The notes beneath the pieces are model-generated. The model was not told the DNA's origin. It worked only from the letters and a program-made list of their open reading frames with translations, and made no database searches. Positions 54,118-64,000 of a DNA stretch of 64,000 nt are shown piece by piece. The stretch is taken from IMG/VR virus record IMGVR_UViG_3300020576_006994, one strand, 5' to 3'. The position numbers and the translations under genes are program-made. Within the stretch, counting starts at the first letter, position 1. Every line of letters starts with the position of its first letter. The stretch comes from an uncultured virus (IMG/VR IMGVR_UViG_3300020576_006994). Lineage: Duplodnaviria > Heunggongvirae > Uroviricota > Caudoviricetes.

Positions 54118-54536
54118 GGTAGAAAAAACCTCTTTCCACTCTTAGGCTATACAGTCTGGAAATGAACCCACGTTGGAGTTGCAGAGAAGTCCTCACACCA
54201 GAGGCCGACTTCTTCTAAAACCTAAACATTATCCTTGATCCACTTCTGAAGCTCGCCTTTTGGATCTGATACGTCACACGCTTGGCCAAACAAGTGCTTG
54301 GATGCCATCGGAATCCTAAGCTCTTCCAGCCCCTGTTTTTTTCGCTTCTAGTTTATCTCAGAGTAAATTCGCTTATGGTCAAACATGGATCGATAGCCGG
54401 ACGAAATCGTCATCGCCTTCGCCCATTTCTCACGAATAACGTTTACACGCCTCTTAAGCTCTTCAAGATTGTGCTGATGCTCAATCGGAACATCAGAGAT
54501 CAGGGTCTGACCAAGGAGTTCTTTGGTTGAGATCAT
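54114..54536 (-). CDS. M15-family peptidase (putative endolysin), 140 aa, 3 TAG
   Basis: ISSGYRS...SKHLFGQACDV...WVHFQ; the Zn ligands lie downstream of the TAG at 54348. Confidence 0.85.
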
Positions 54537-56518
54537 GTCTTATCTTCTTTTGATCCAGTAATTGCGCCAAGAATATCATCAAGCGAACGTTGAGCTTCCT
54601 TCTCAAAAGACTTCATAATGTCTTTTTTCACCTTCTCGTACTTGCGATGAAGCTCTTTTCTTTGCGGGCTCTTAGTCTCAGATTTATTAAGAAGTGACCC
54701 AAGCTGAGAGATTGCGCCGTCAAGCTCCTGTGTGTCCTGTTGCGGCTGCTGCTCTTGGCCCTGACCTTGCTATTGCGTCTAGTTTGGATCCTGCTGTGGA
54801 CCCATCTATTGCTGCATCTCCATTTGTTTTTTCATCATATAAACCTGAACACTGGTTGGATCATTCATGCAGTATGACAGGTCTGGATCCCTATCGGCCT
54901 GCTCAAAACCCTTACCACCCAAAGCCTTCAGGATTTGGCCTTTTGTGTAGTACTTCTCGAGTACTCCCATGTATGCTGGATTTAAAGGAAATGCGCCACC
55001 GATTGGAAGCTTGTCTTTTTCGACTCGCTCCATAATGTCATCCATATTAAGATACAGATTTGCATCTTGCTGAAGGCGCGTAGCTTCTTTTTCCGGAGAG
55101 TCCTAGTCTAAACCTTCAAAGTCAATTCGAAGGTACTTGGCCCAGCGCTTACTAATACGAGGAAGGAGGCGCTCGTTAAAGAAATCTTCGTAAAGCATGA
55201 GTAGTGGGCGAAGTCCTGTATCTCTGGCGGCAATAAGCTTGAATTCGTTATTGCTCTCAGACATTGCCTGGCTATTTGTTCCGCGAGACAAGTATGAAAG
55301 GGCTGCAACTTCGTCGGGTGACATCTGGAATGCAGCAAATATCATTCGCTTGTTCAGGTCGGCAAGGTATTGGAATTCCATATCACGGTTGCCGCCATCG
55401 AGCGGAACAGTTTCGACAGAGTCAGTTGGCTTAATGCCAAATACCGGCATTCGATGGGCCGAGTTTACAGAGTTAATGTGGGCTGCCATCTGGATGCGGA
55501 TATTCTCAATATCCTGCTTCTCAAGGTCTTCCGACTTAAAGACAAGGGCCGTTCTTGCCTAACGACCGTTAATGAAATACATCTTGTTCTGGGTCGTAAG
55601 ATTGATGTGCGTTCCAATTGCCGACACGATGCGCTCAAGCGGGCTAATTGGGTAGCCTTGGCGATTGATGTCGGTTGATGGCGACATTGACATAACAATA
55701 CACTCATCATCAGTAAATACCTGGTCTGGTCGACCGTTAATTACCTGAGCCCATGTATATTCATCATTTTGGAACTTAGAGATATCAATCTTGTGACCCT
55801 GAAGCTGCTCAAGAATGCGCTTAGACTGCACGCGAATATTTTCAGCTTCGCGACTCTCTCCACCTTGTGGAGTTGTGCGAAATACAGTTCCGGCATCCAT
55901 TGCCCTAAATGAATGGAATTGCTGATTTGAGTCACGACGAAACTCAACGGCAAACTCGCCAAACGTTAGAGCGTCTTCAGCTGTTTCCATTACAAATTGA
56001 GCAAGCGTTCTTTTTTCTCGATCTCGGTAGGACTCATTGGTGCCGCAATTAAGCATAAGCTCTCGAACTTGCGGAACCTCTTCCTTTTTTAATTGGTCAA
56101 TTTCCTGTTCGTTAAGCTCTGCGTGCGCCTCCGGCTTAATATTGACAGAAAAGCCGATGTCGAATCGGTTTGCCCGTGGACGAGCAAATAAGGACAGCTG
56201 ACGAGCCCTTGTTGGCAAAATAACTCCACCAACTAATTCTTCTGTATTTCTTACCTGCTTAAGGATCTCAGGAGGAATAAGGCTTGTCTTTTTTCTGTAA
56301 ACAGAGGCAAACTCTTGTGACTTCTATGGATCAGAGTCGATAGAAAGCTTATTGACCATCGACCGATCTTGGGATTTCTTTAATGACTCGAGAACGCTTC
56401 CAAGCAATGATTGATCTTGATCCTGACTAGCGGAAGAGAACATTCGATTGCCGGCACCGAAAGCCTCTATATTCATAATCGAGGAATCCTGTGTAGACGG
56501 AGTCTTTTTTGATGACAT
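54533..56518 (-). CDS. Portal protein (661 aa)
   Basis: Four ORF pieces in one frame; DALTFG, YPISPLE, YFINGR*ARTALV, DMEFQYL, AFQMSPDEV, GLRPLL; ends in an ATGA overlap. Confidence 0.85.
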
Positions 56519-56520
56519 AA

Positions 56521-57489
56521 TTACTCCACGCTAGCCACGATAGCTTCAATCGTTTCGATAGACAGGTTCTTGATTGACAGTGAATAGACTGTACCTTGTT
56601 GAATATACAATCCTGGTTTTTCTGGATTATTTGGCTCAAGAGGCTCAACTACGGTAGAGTCAGACGTTGAGCCATTTATCCGAACCGATGCTTTTCCTTG
56701 AGACGCCACCATTACTAGCTTTTTTGCTGCGCTGTAAAAAATCATACCAGAAGCTGCTGGAACAATTCCTGTCTCTAGAGGAATCCCGTTCGGATAGGAA
56801 ATGCGAACTTCAACCCATGACGGGGCCACTTCAGACACTTCGAACGTTCCGAAAGACGCCGACGAGAATCCTGCAGACAAAACCATCTTGTCGCCGATTT
56901 GCACTTGATTTGGAGTTCCGTTGCTAAAAATCTGAAGCTTGGTAAAATCAGCTACGGTGAATGATTGCGACGATGCATTTAAGTTTTGGAACGACACCGA
57001 AGTTGAAGTCTTAGATAGAACGATGAATCGACCTTGATTTGATGACGACGGTCCGGCTCCCGACTCAATCAAAAGAACGTCTCCGACCTGAACGTTAGTT
57101 GTGACGATTGCCGTTCCGCCAGTATTTGTAAGAGTTGCAATTGGTCCGTTAGCAGTGATTCCGAAAACTGAGGTATTGTCAATTGAGATCTATCGATCAG
57201 TCCTAAAGGCCGGTGCCGTTCCGGAATTATGGGCAAAACGATAAACATCAAGTGCCGCACTTGGCTTGGTTACGTTGAAACTAGTTGATCCACTGATCTA
57301 CGTAGCTCGAACTCCACTGAACACATCGGCGGTTTCGCCAGGCAAAACCTTCACCGTTTGGGTTGAAGGATTTTCTGACTGGATACCAATTATTCTATAC
57401 GACAAGTCACCAACTCGAATCGACGGATTGTTGGAGGTTTTTTTATCGTTATAAGCAATAAGCTGTACTTGCAGGTTCACAGAACTCAT
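56521..57489 (-). CDS. Structural protein (322 aa, 2 TAG)
   Basis: Beta-rich, with two VQ(V/I)GD...G(R/T)F modules; motif variant TTG-N10-GTAATT at 57523-57541. Confidence 0.6.
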
Positions 57490-57558
57490 TTTAACCCCTA
57501 CTTATTTATAGCAAGTAGAATTAATTACCAGAAGGCGTCAAAGATGCGATTTTAGACA

Positions 57559-59394
57559 TTAAATGTCCCAGTAAAAACCGCCTTTTTTCGAGGACTTAGT
57601 CACTTTATTGCCACCCAAATCGACGATGGTTTTTTGGATTTCATCTTTAAGCCAAACGCCCTGTTCATCGCTTGTGTAAGTTTTACCAACAGACGTATCC
57701 TGAATGGGCACGGCTGAGACGTGAACCTCGCCTCTAAGCTTCCATCGATTCTGTGCAACGTAAGAAAGAGCATCGTGACTATCGTCGTAAGTCTTCTAAA
57801 CTTCTTCCGTTAGTTTTCCATCACTAGATTTTTTGAAATGATATTTTTCAAAGTTGTCAACAAGAGACTGCGTGTTGCCTTCAAGACCAAAGAGCTTAGT
57901 GTCGCCGTAAGGTGGGGACATCTTGTATCGGATGAATGCATGTCCGGCGCTAACGTCTTTTTTGAAAATAGCTCCGACTCTCACCTATCTGCCGATCATT
58001 CCATTGGTAGACGGATCTTCTGGATCGCAGTAAATAATGGTAAAATCATAAATGTTATGCAAACTCTTAACGAGGTCTACTTTTTGCGGTGGCTCAAGGC
58101 CACTGACCTCCACAGACCTCATTACGTAGGCATTGCCTCTGGCATCCTCGTAGACGATAACGATGGCAGTTGGGTGAGTGTAGCCGTGGTCAAGTCCTGC
58201 GTACCGCTTAACTCCTATCTTCTTCATCTGATCAATAAGGACTTGTTCTGAGATCTACGTTCCTGGATCTTCACCCATGAAGATAGTCAGCATCTCTCTT
58301 GGAGTCTTAATGAACTTTGTTCTGTCAAACCTCGGATAAACAAGGTCATCTGCAGAGGGTTGCATAGACATCGACTGAGACAAAAACCAATCATAATTCG
58401 ATTGTTTAAAGTTCGATATTGTGGCTTGAATCGGCCTGAGAGCTTTACATTTAGAGGTTTGCTTCTTGGCATCGCCTGCGCACACCGCTCTAAGTGGGCA
58501 CTCAATGCATTTCTCTTTGGCGATAACTCGCTCGTACCTTATTTGCTGTTCTGGCTCCAAAGCCAAGTAATCGTCTTTAAGGAGCGCTTTATTTTCCTAT
58601 ACCGATACAAACATCTCCAAATCTTGAGTTCCAGATCGACTATCTGGACACCTCTGCGTGTTCTCAAACACGGTCCAGAATTTGAATTTGGCTCCAGTTC
58701 GCTCTCTTTCATCGTATTCTTTTTCAATTACCGTATGTCGACCTTTTCTTGACGAAATACCGACTTTAACCCAAGGAAGCCCCTCCTCTGTATAAGAGGG
58801 AACTCCGGCAATGTCTGGATAGGCGGCAACCTTGTTGGGAGCAAGGCTTCCGAGCTCATCAATTGTTACAATTGGTTGGTGAGCCCCTTGAACTGACTAG
58901 GCTGTGAGCGCAAGCACTTCAATGCTTGATTCTTTTCCATTTACGCTCAAGTTCGTAATGGACATCTTAGGCTCTTCTTTAAGATGCTCTGCTATATACG
59001 GCCTAGAGACGAACTTCTTAAAGTACACGTACTATCGATTTGCCTGATCCTCGGTTCCGCCGAAGTGAACAACGCCACGGCCAAAATGAAGCGGCATTAG
59101 GATTTGAATAACAGCACAGGAAAGTGTTTTTTGCGAAGATCGGCCTGCGATATAAAAATGAGATTCAGGCTCGTCCTGGTTTGTCTACCTTAAGCAAAAA
59201 TCATAAACTTCCCACACCATATCCAGTGGATTTGACGTAGAAAATCTAGACACAGTACAGTCCTAAAGGTCCACCTCTAGAAATGTCTTGCACCACTGTC
59301 GAAGATGCTATTTATTCTTAAGCCTCTGAAGAAGCAATCGACGCATTATCTCGTCTTTGTTGCCCTCGAGAAGCATATCTTGATTATTGCTCAT
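57559..59394 (-). CDS. terL: Terminase large subunit (611 aa)
   Basis: Walker A IAGRSSQKT, Walker B IVTIDE, VYPRFD, AGLDHGYTHP, YCDPE and DDSHDALSY, all in one frame through TAG. Confidence 0.9.
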
Positions 59395-59971
59395 CCTCGC
59401 CTGATAGACGCTTCAGTAAAACGTCCTGGAGTTCTGGAGTAAGAACTTCAATTGTTTGATTTGACTGAACATTAATATTTTGCTCAGTTTTGATTTTTTG
59501 AACTCTATCTTCGCCAGTTAGTTTCTGTAAAATCTCTATGGTCTCTTTGTACGACTTACTTCCATGGATCCAAGTCTTTGGCTTATCTTCTTCTTTTCCG
59601 GTTTGAATATAACGAAGAAGCTATTCATTTTCAGACTTGTGATACGCCTGAATGATATTCGTGACGTGATCAAGGGATTCCAGTTTTTGATTCAAAAGCT
59701 TGATTTTGATCTTTTGTGTCAACGACTGAACATATTCTTCTCTCTACTCGTCCCATCTATTTCGAACTCGGCAATAAACGACGTCTTTTTCGGTAATGCC
59801 TTGATTTAAGTTCTAGATCTCAAGACACGTAGAGCCGGCAACAAATAGATTGAGCATCTCTTTTGAGAGAGATGCAGAGATTGGCCTCGCACCGTTATTT
59901 ACGGCGTCCTCATATAGTTCAAGCTCTCGACTTGAGAGGTACTTATCCTGGGCCTGCAATTCATTCTACAC
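59384..59971 (-). CDS. Putative terminase small subunit (start uncertain)
   Basis: HTH-like LFVAGSTCLEI*NLN...NRWDE and helical C-terminus; overlaps the terL start. Confidence 0.6.
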
Positions 59972-60365
59972 TTTGAATCTCTTCGTCAAAGATAACCTTG
60001 ACCGACTAATCCTTCCACAGAAGGTTTCTTGACCACTGAACTAACAAATCCTTGGCTTTTTGCTTTGCATCCTACCGCTTCCACGGCGGCATATCAATTA
60101 GGGCTTGGATGTAGTTAGTCTTTACAATTCCAGTTCCTGACTTGAACCGAAACCTGTCTTTTGTCATTATCTTAAAGATGACCGTTTTTTGGTCAGGAAT
60201 AACCTCAGCAACGCCGCCGAGTGAGTACTCGGAACAAGCTACGGTATAGCACTTAAGCTGATGAGCTATAGAGTCATGCAGCATTCCATATTGGAGAAGC
60301 AATAGCTTACCTAAAAGGAGCTGATCGCTTAAGACGTCTTCATTGCCTCTTGAAGGGTTTTCCAC
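59961..60365 (-). CDS. Hypothetical protein (134 aa, 2 TAG)
   Basis: Frame continues past the TAG at 60072 to the TGA at 59961. Confidence 0.55.
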
Positions 60366-61312
60366 ACTGCCTCTTTATCTTCTAGCTGCTAGACTTCGTA
60401 TACATATTCTTTTATAGCCTAATCCAGCCCACCAATGGCTTCGATATCGATAGATTTTGAAGAAAATTCAAAATTTTCCTTAAACTGAAAAGTTACTCCA
60501 GAAATTCCTGAATAAGCCAACTCGACCTAAGCCCTCTGACTCTTTGTTCCTGTAAACTTTACAATCAATCGATCACCAGGCTTCATGCCTGGCGGTATAA
60601 CTGGATCAGATTCTGGATTGGCATCCACTGACCAAAAGCACTTAACGAAGGGTGAAGTGCTAACTGAATTAATTACCATCATCTCTTTTGTATCGAAAAC
60701 GAATAATCTTTTGTCGTGATTCTATTCAGACGAAATGAGCTGCCTGGGTGTACCTGGATACCAGATCTTATCCTAAATAGTCTACTGAGTGTGGATGTGC
60801 CCAGAGATTATTTTTTCGTACTTTATTCCAGAAAAATCAAACCCGTCTGGAGCATAAAACCCATTCTCAAACTTAGCGCCATCGAAGGTTTGATGGCAAA
60901 AGAGAATCTTACCTGACTTAAGCTTTGATAAAAACTGGTCTTCGTCTTTATGAAAAGAAAGGGCATGGACTCCGTCTTCAATCTCAAAAAGCGAATTTGG
61001 GTTAATCACTGTTAGGTTTTTAATGCCATACAGGGCTTGATCTACCTAATTAACAAACTAATTAGATGGAGAAATGCCGTCGTGGTTCCCAACCAAGACA
61101 TAGACCGGAAGCTGCGCCTAAAGCTAGGACATGTTCTCCTGAACAACAGACAAGACCTCTTGTCGAACTACCTAATGTGTATGGAACAGGTCACCAAGAA
61201 ACAAAATCTAGTCGGCCCCATGCTAGATCTTAGCTGCTTCACTAAAAATGGCTTTGGTGTCTTGAATATTGTTGACCTGAGCATGCAGGTCTCCGACTAT
61301 CTAGATTTTCAT
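60329..61312 (-). CDS. Metallophosphoesterase (SbcD/Mre11-like nuclease), 327 aa, 14 TAG
   Basis: MKI*IVGDLH, D*ILFLGDLFH, LVGNHD, LFCHQTF, ISGHIH and WYPGTP. Confidence 0.9.
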
Positions 61313-61602
61313 CCCTCAGATGATACCATTACTAGTGCCTGCTTTGGAACCAGTATGAACTTTTTACCGTCATCTTCGTAAATTTTACGTGCGTGAGCTG
61401 TGCCATCAAGCTCCGCCAGAACGAAAGCTACATCACCCTATTTATAATCTTCAGAGTCAAACACAATCTTAGTTTTAACTAGATCGTTACGGAGTCGATC
61501 TGTTGTCTAGAACCGAGAAGTGGTCGCCTCGGGTTTTACCTTGTGCTCCAAAACTAGTGGCTCTAAAGCCACCAGTCCATTAAGCGTCTTTGTAGATTTC
61601 AT
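61309..61602 (-). CDS. GroES-like (co-chaperonin fold) protein, 97 aa, 2 TAG
   Basis: TLNGLVALEP...YK*GDVAFV...DGKKFILVPKQALVMV is reminiscent of Cpn10; weak similarity. Confidence 0.45.
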
Positions 61603-62638
61603 ATGAAAGCTCTCCTTTTAAAAGCAAAATCTTTCTCTGCAGGAGGCTAAGCTCCCTCTATGCATTTAATATCTTATTCCTAATGTCGGATTCAATTGCC
61701 AAGTCTTCAGGCGAAGCTGCTCGATACTAAATATCAGGCTCTAAATCTTCATCTGAAATATGCTCATGCCGCAACGAATCTGATCCAGCACCGTAAAAAG
61801 CCCGCTCGTCAAGCGACTTATACGCTCCGGGATTTCTGATCTTAGTTACAACCTCAAAAAACGCTTCATCAGTAAGATCAAGCTATTCTTGAAGCTGTTC
61901 ATCTGTCTATTCTGGATTTTCTTCGAGAAACCTTACGGCCTGAAAAGCCTTGTCTGAAACCTTAGAGCTGTACGTCAGGTGACTAGATGCTTCGTGGTAG
62001 TATTCCTGAAGGTACTTGTTCATCCACCCGTTTGCCATAGAGATGAACGCGTCTTTTTTCTATTGATCAGGAACGTACTTATCGACAGCACTGAACAGCC
62101 CAAGGTTGGCCGTCTATACAAAATCTTCCATAGAGGCTCTAGCTCCTAGCTATGGATTCTTTTTTACCATGGAGTAAAATACCTTCTATCTGTGCATAGC
62201 CAAATATAGAGATGCCGAAACGATTTCCTGCCTCTTGCTGGAGATATCAGCAAGAATCTGAGCAAGCTCTGACTTGTTTGATGAATCTACAACTCTTGAC
62301 ATCTAGAACTTACAGAAGTTAAAGTTTACTGGAGCCTTATATAGCTCTTTTGAGTTCATTCTTTGAATGTTTTTTGAAACAGGTCCAAACTTTTCGTCTC
62401 GTATCCTGAAAAAGATGCTTGATTTACCCTGATAGTCTTTGTCTTGATTTACTGTTCTGCAAAAAGTATCATAGATCTACTTCCCAGCCAAACTCTTCCG
62501 AAGAGTTTTCTAGAAGAGATCTTCTAGTTTCATCAAGTCCTTAAACATCTTGAGCATCTTAGTTGAATCAATTGGCGCAGACCCAATCTCGCTCTTAAGC
62601 TCATTTGCGTATGAATGCAAAAGGTCTTTCTCGCTCAC
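61580..62638 (-). CDS. Phage sigma70-family factor lacking region 4.2 (352 aa, 11 TAG; absent from the ORF track)
   Basis: Region 2: RQEIVSASLYLAMHR*KVFY...MEDFV*TANLGLFSAVDKY...FISMANGWM. Region 3: KSLDE, SPED. Ends shortly after LSLLQRKILLL. Confidence 0.75.
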
Positions 62639-64000
62639 TGAACCCCCATCTTAGACGAATGCACGTGCTGCACCGGCCCTACCTACTGGTAGTATTTAGC
62701 TCGCTCATCTGCATGTCTCTTTAAGAGCGGTACATTTGTGACCCTAAAATCAACTATCTTACAAGAAGTCTTGCCGGTCTCTTTGTGAACCCTAGTACTT
62801 CTTCCAATTGCACCCTGCTTAACCTTTGTTCCGGCCTTATTTGCCTGCCAGTTTATCGTAAGACGAACTGGTAGGAAATTCGTTCCAGTGCTTACAGCAC
62901 TCGTGCCCACAACGCATAGAATTTTGCCTTGATTGAAATCATCGCATATAGAAGTAACATCAGAGTCGCCACAGGCATAAGCATACTCAACCTGAAGGCG
63001 TTTTTTAAGGAGCTCTTCTTGACCATGTTCATCTACCAGCACCAAGACTGGCATTCCTTTTTTTACCTATTGATTAACCATCTGCGAAATAATCTTCGCA
63101 ATTCCATCATTTTTGTAAAAATGCTCTTGGTTCATCTTTACAACGTTATCTTTATTCTAGTACTTTGACTTAGATTCAATGTCAATAACCATCGTATCAA
63201 TCTTTGCCAGATACCCCTCAGCTTGCGCTTGCTGTATAGAATATTCAAAAACCTGTTTTCCAATGATCGCCTCAAGCATCAAGTCCCGTCCGTCGTTTCG
63301 CTCTTGAGTTGCCGAAACAAACCATCGATACGGACAATGAGCTAAAAGACCATGGCAAACCTTCTCAAGCATCTACTAGGGAAGAGAATGACTCTCGTCG
63401 GCAATAAATACATCGTATTGCTTAAATTCCTCTGTAGCCTCTCCCTCAACTAAAGACAGGCTCTTTCCAACTGAAATCAAAAACTGCTTGCCAACTTGCT
63501 TCTTGCCGGCCCCGAACATGCCAACGCGCTCTTTTCCAAGAAGATGACATGCATCATTATAGATCTGCTCGGCAATGGACTTTGAAGGTGTACAAACCAC
63601 ACAACGAAGTCCGGTCTTTTTAAGTAGACTAATAATTACATTAGTTTTTCCAGCTCCGGTTGCAATCTCGACGTGGGAATGTCGATTCTAGAGAAGTGCA
63701 TCAAGTGCCTACTGCTGGTAGGGCCTTAAAGAAAACTCCGGAATATTCTTCCATGGAATCAACTTGAACTCAGGGGCAGCAACTTCATCGATAACGCTAG
63801 AAATAAGATTGTGGCGCCTAAGAAGATCAGCCATGCCCTAATAAGTCCAGAATCCATTTTCATCCTCCATCAAAAGAGTCTTCTTGGATTCAGCGGTCAA
63901 CCTATCAATCTCTTTCTAAACCCACTCTTCGCCGAACCTCATAGTGTAATACGGATTCTTCTTCAAGCCTTTTAGTTGGTGAAGAACCGATTTGTCCTGA
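62635..64000 (-). CDS. Superfamily 2 helicase (5' end outside the window)
   Basis: LRPYQQ*A, IATGAGKT, IADESH, VSAT, STGTN and QGAIGRSTR; TGA overlaps the sigma GTG. Confidence 0.9.

Noticed and set aside
2620..64000. TAG=Gln (genetic code 15), the default for amber-recoded phages
   Set aside because: Most informative sites favour Ala (ThyA, NrdJ, phosphoesterase, GNAT paralogs, TM helix), and the tRNA has G3:U70/A73 rather than Gln identity elements. Two sites (sigma EDFV*TAN, protease GDAL*) would fit Gln, so a formal test is still needed.
8194..64000. Fragmented genes as pseudogenes, sequencing errors or intron-split genes
   Set aside because: The breaks are exclusively in-frame TAG with no frameshifts or inserted sequence, and all catalytic motifs are intact.
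1..64000. Phage-encoded release factor or aminoacyl-tRNA synthetase supporting the recoding
   Set aside because: None was recognised in this window. One may lie elsewhere in the genome, and a synthetase is not required for an Ala-identity tRNA.

Overview
This is a 64-kb segment of a large contractile-tailed dsDNA phage (myovirus-like). It carries a head and packaging module, tail sheath and tube, nrdJ, thyA, an SF2 helicase, a phage sigma factor, homing endonucleases, several polyvalent virion proteins and arrays of short accessory ORFs. The supplied standard-code ORF track is fragmented because TAG is a sense codon here. Fragments join in frame across TAG, and every gene I reconstructed ends at TAA or TGA, often with an ATGA/GTGA overlap into the next gene. 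The main result is that TAG appears to encode ALANINE, not the glutamine known from code-15 phages. TAG falls at Ala positions of conserved motifs (ThyA KM*LTPCH; NrdJ RRS*IW, RN*C, VR*IAPTGT; metallophosphoesterase MKI*IVGDLH) and aligns with Ala in paralogous domains inside the window. The phage encodes a CUA-anticodon tRNA (15248-15323) with the tRNA-Ala identity elements G3:U70 and A73. Other notable items are a TAG-rich sigma factor lacking region 4.2, a matching candidate late-promoter motif (TTA-N10-GTAATT), polyproteins punctuated by LxK[S/A] motifs, and a dispersed family of 12-bp-repeat mini-genes that grades into a larger MKKHK-type small-ORF family. Coordinates were derived by hand with TAG read through (shown as *). 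Product calls come from motif recognition only; no database searches were run.
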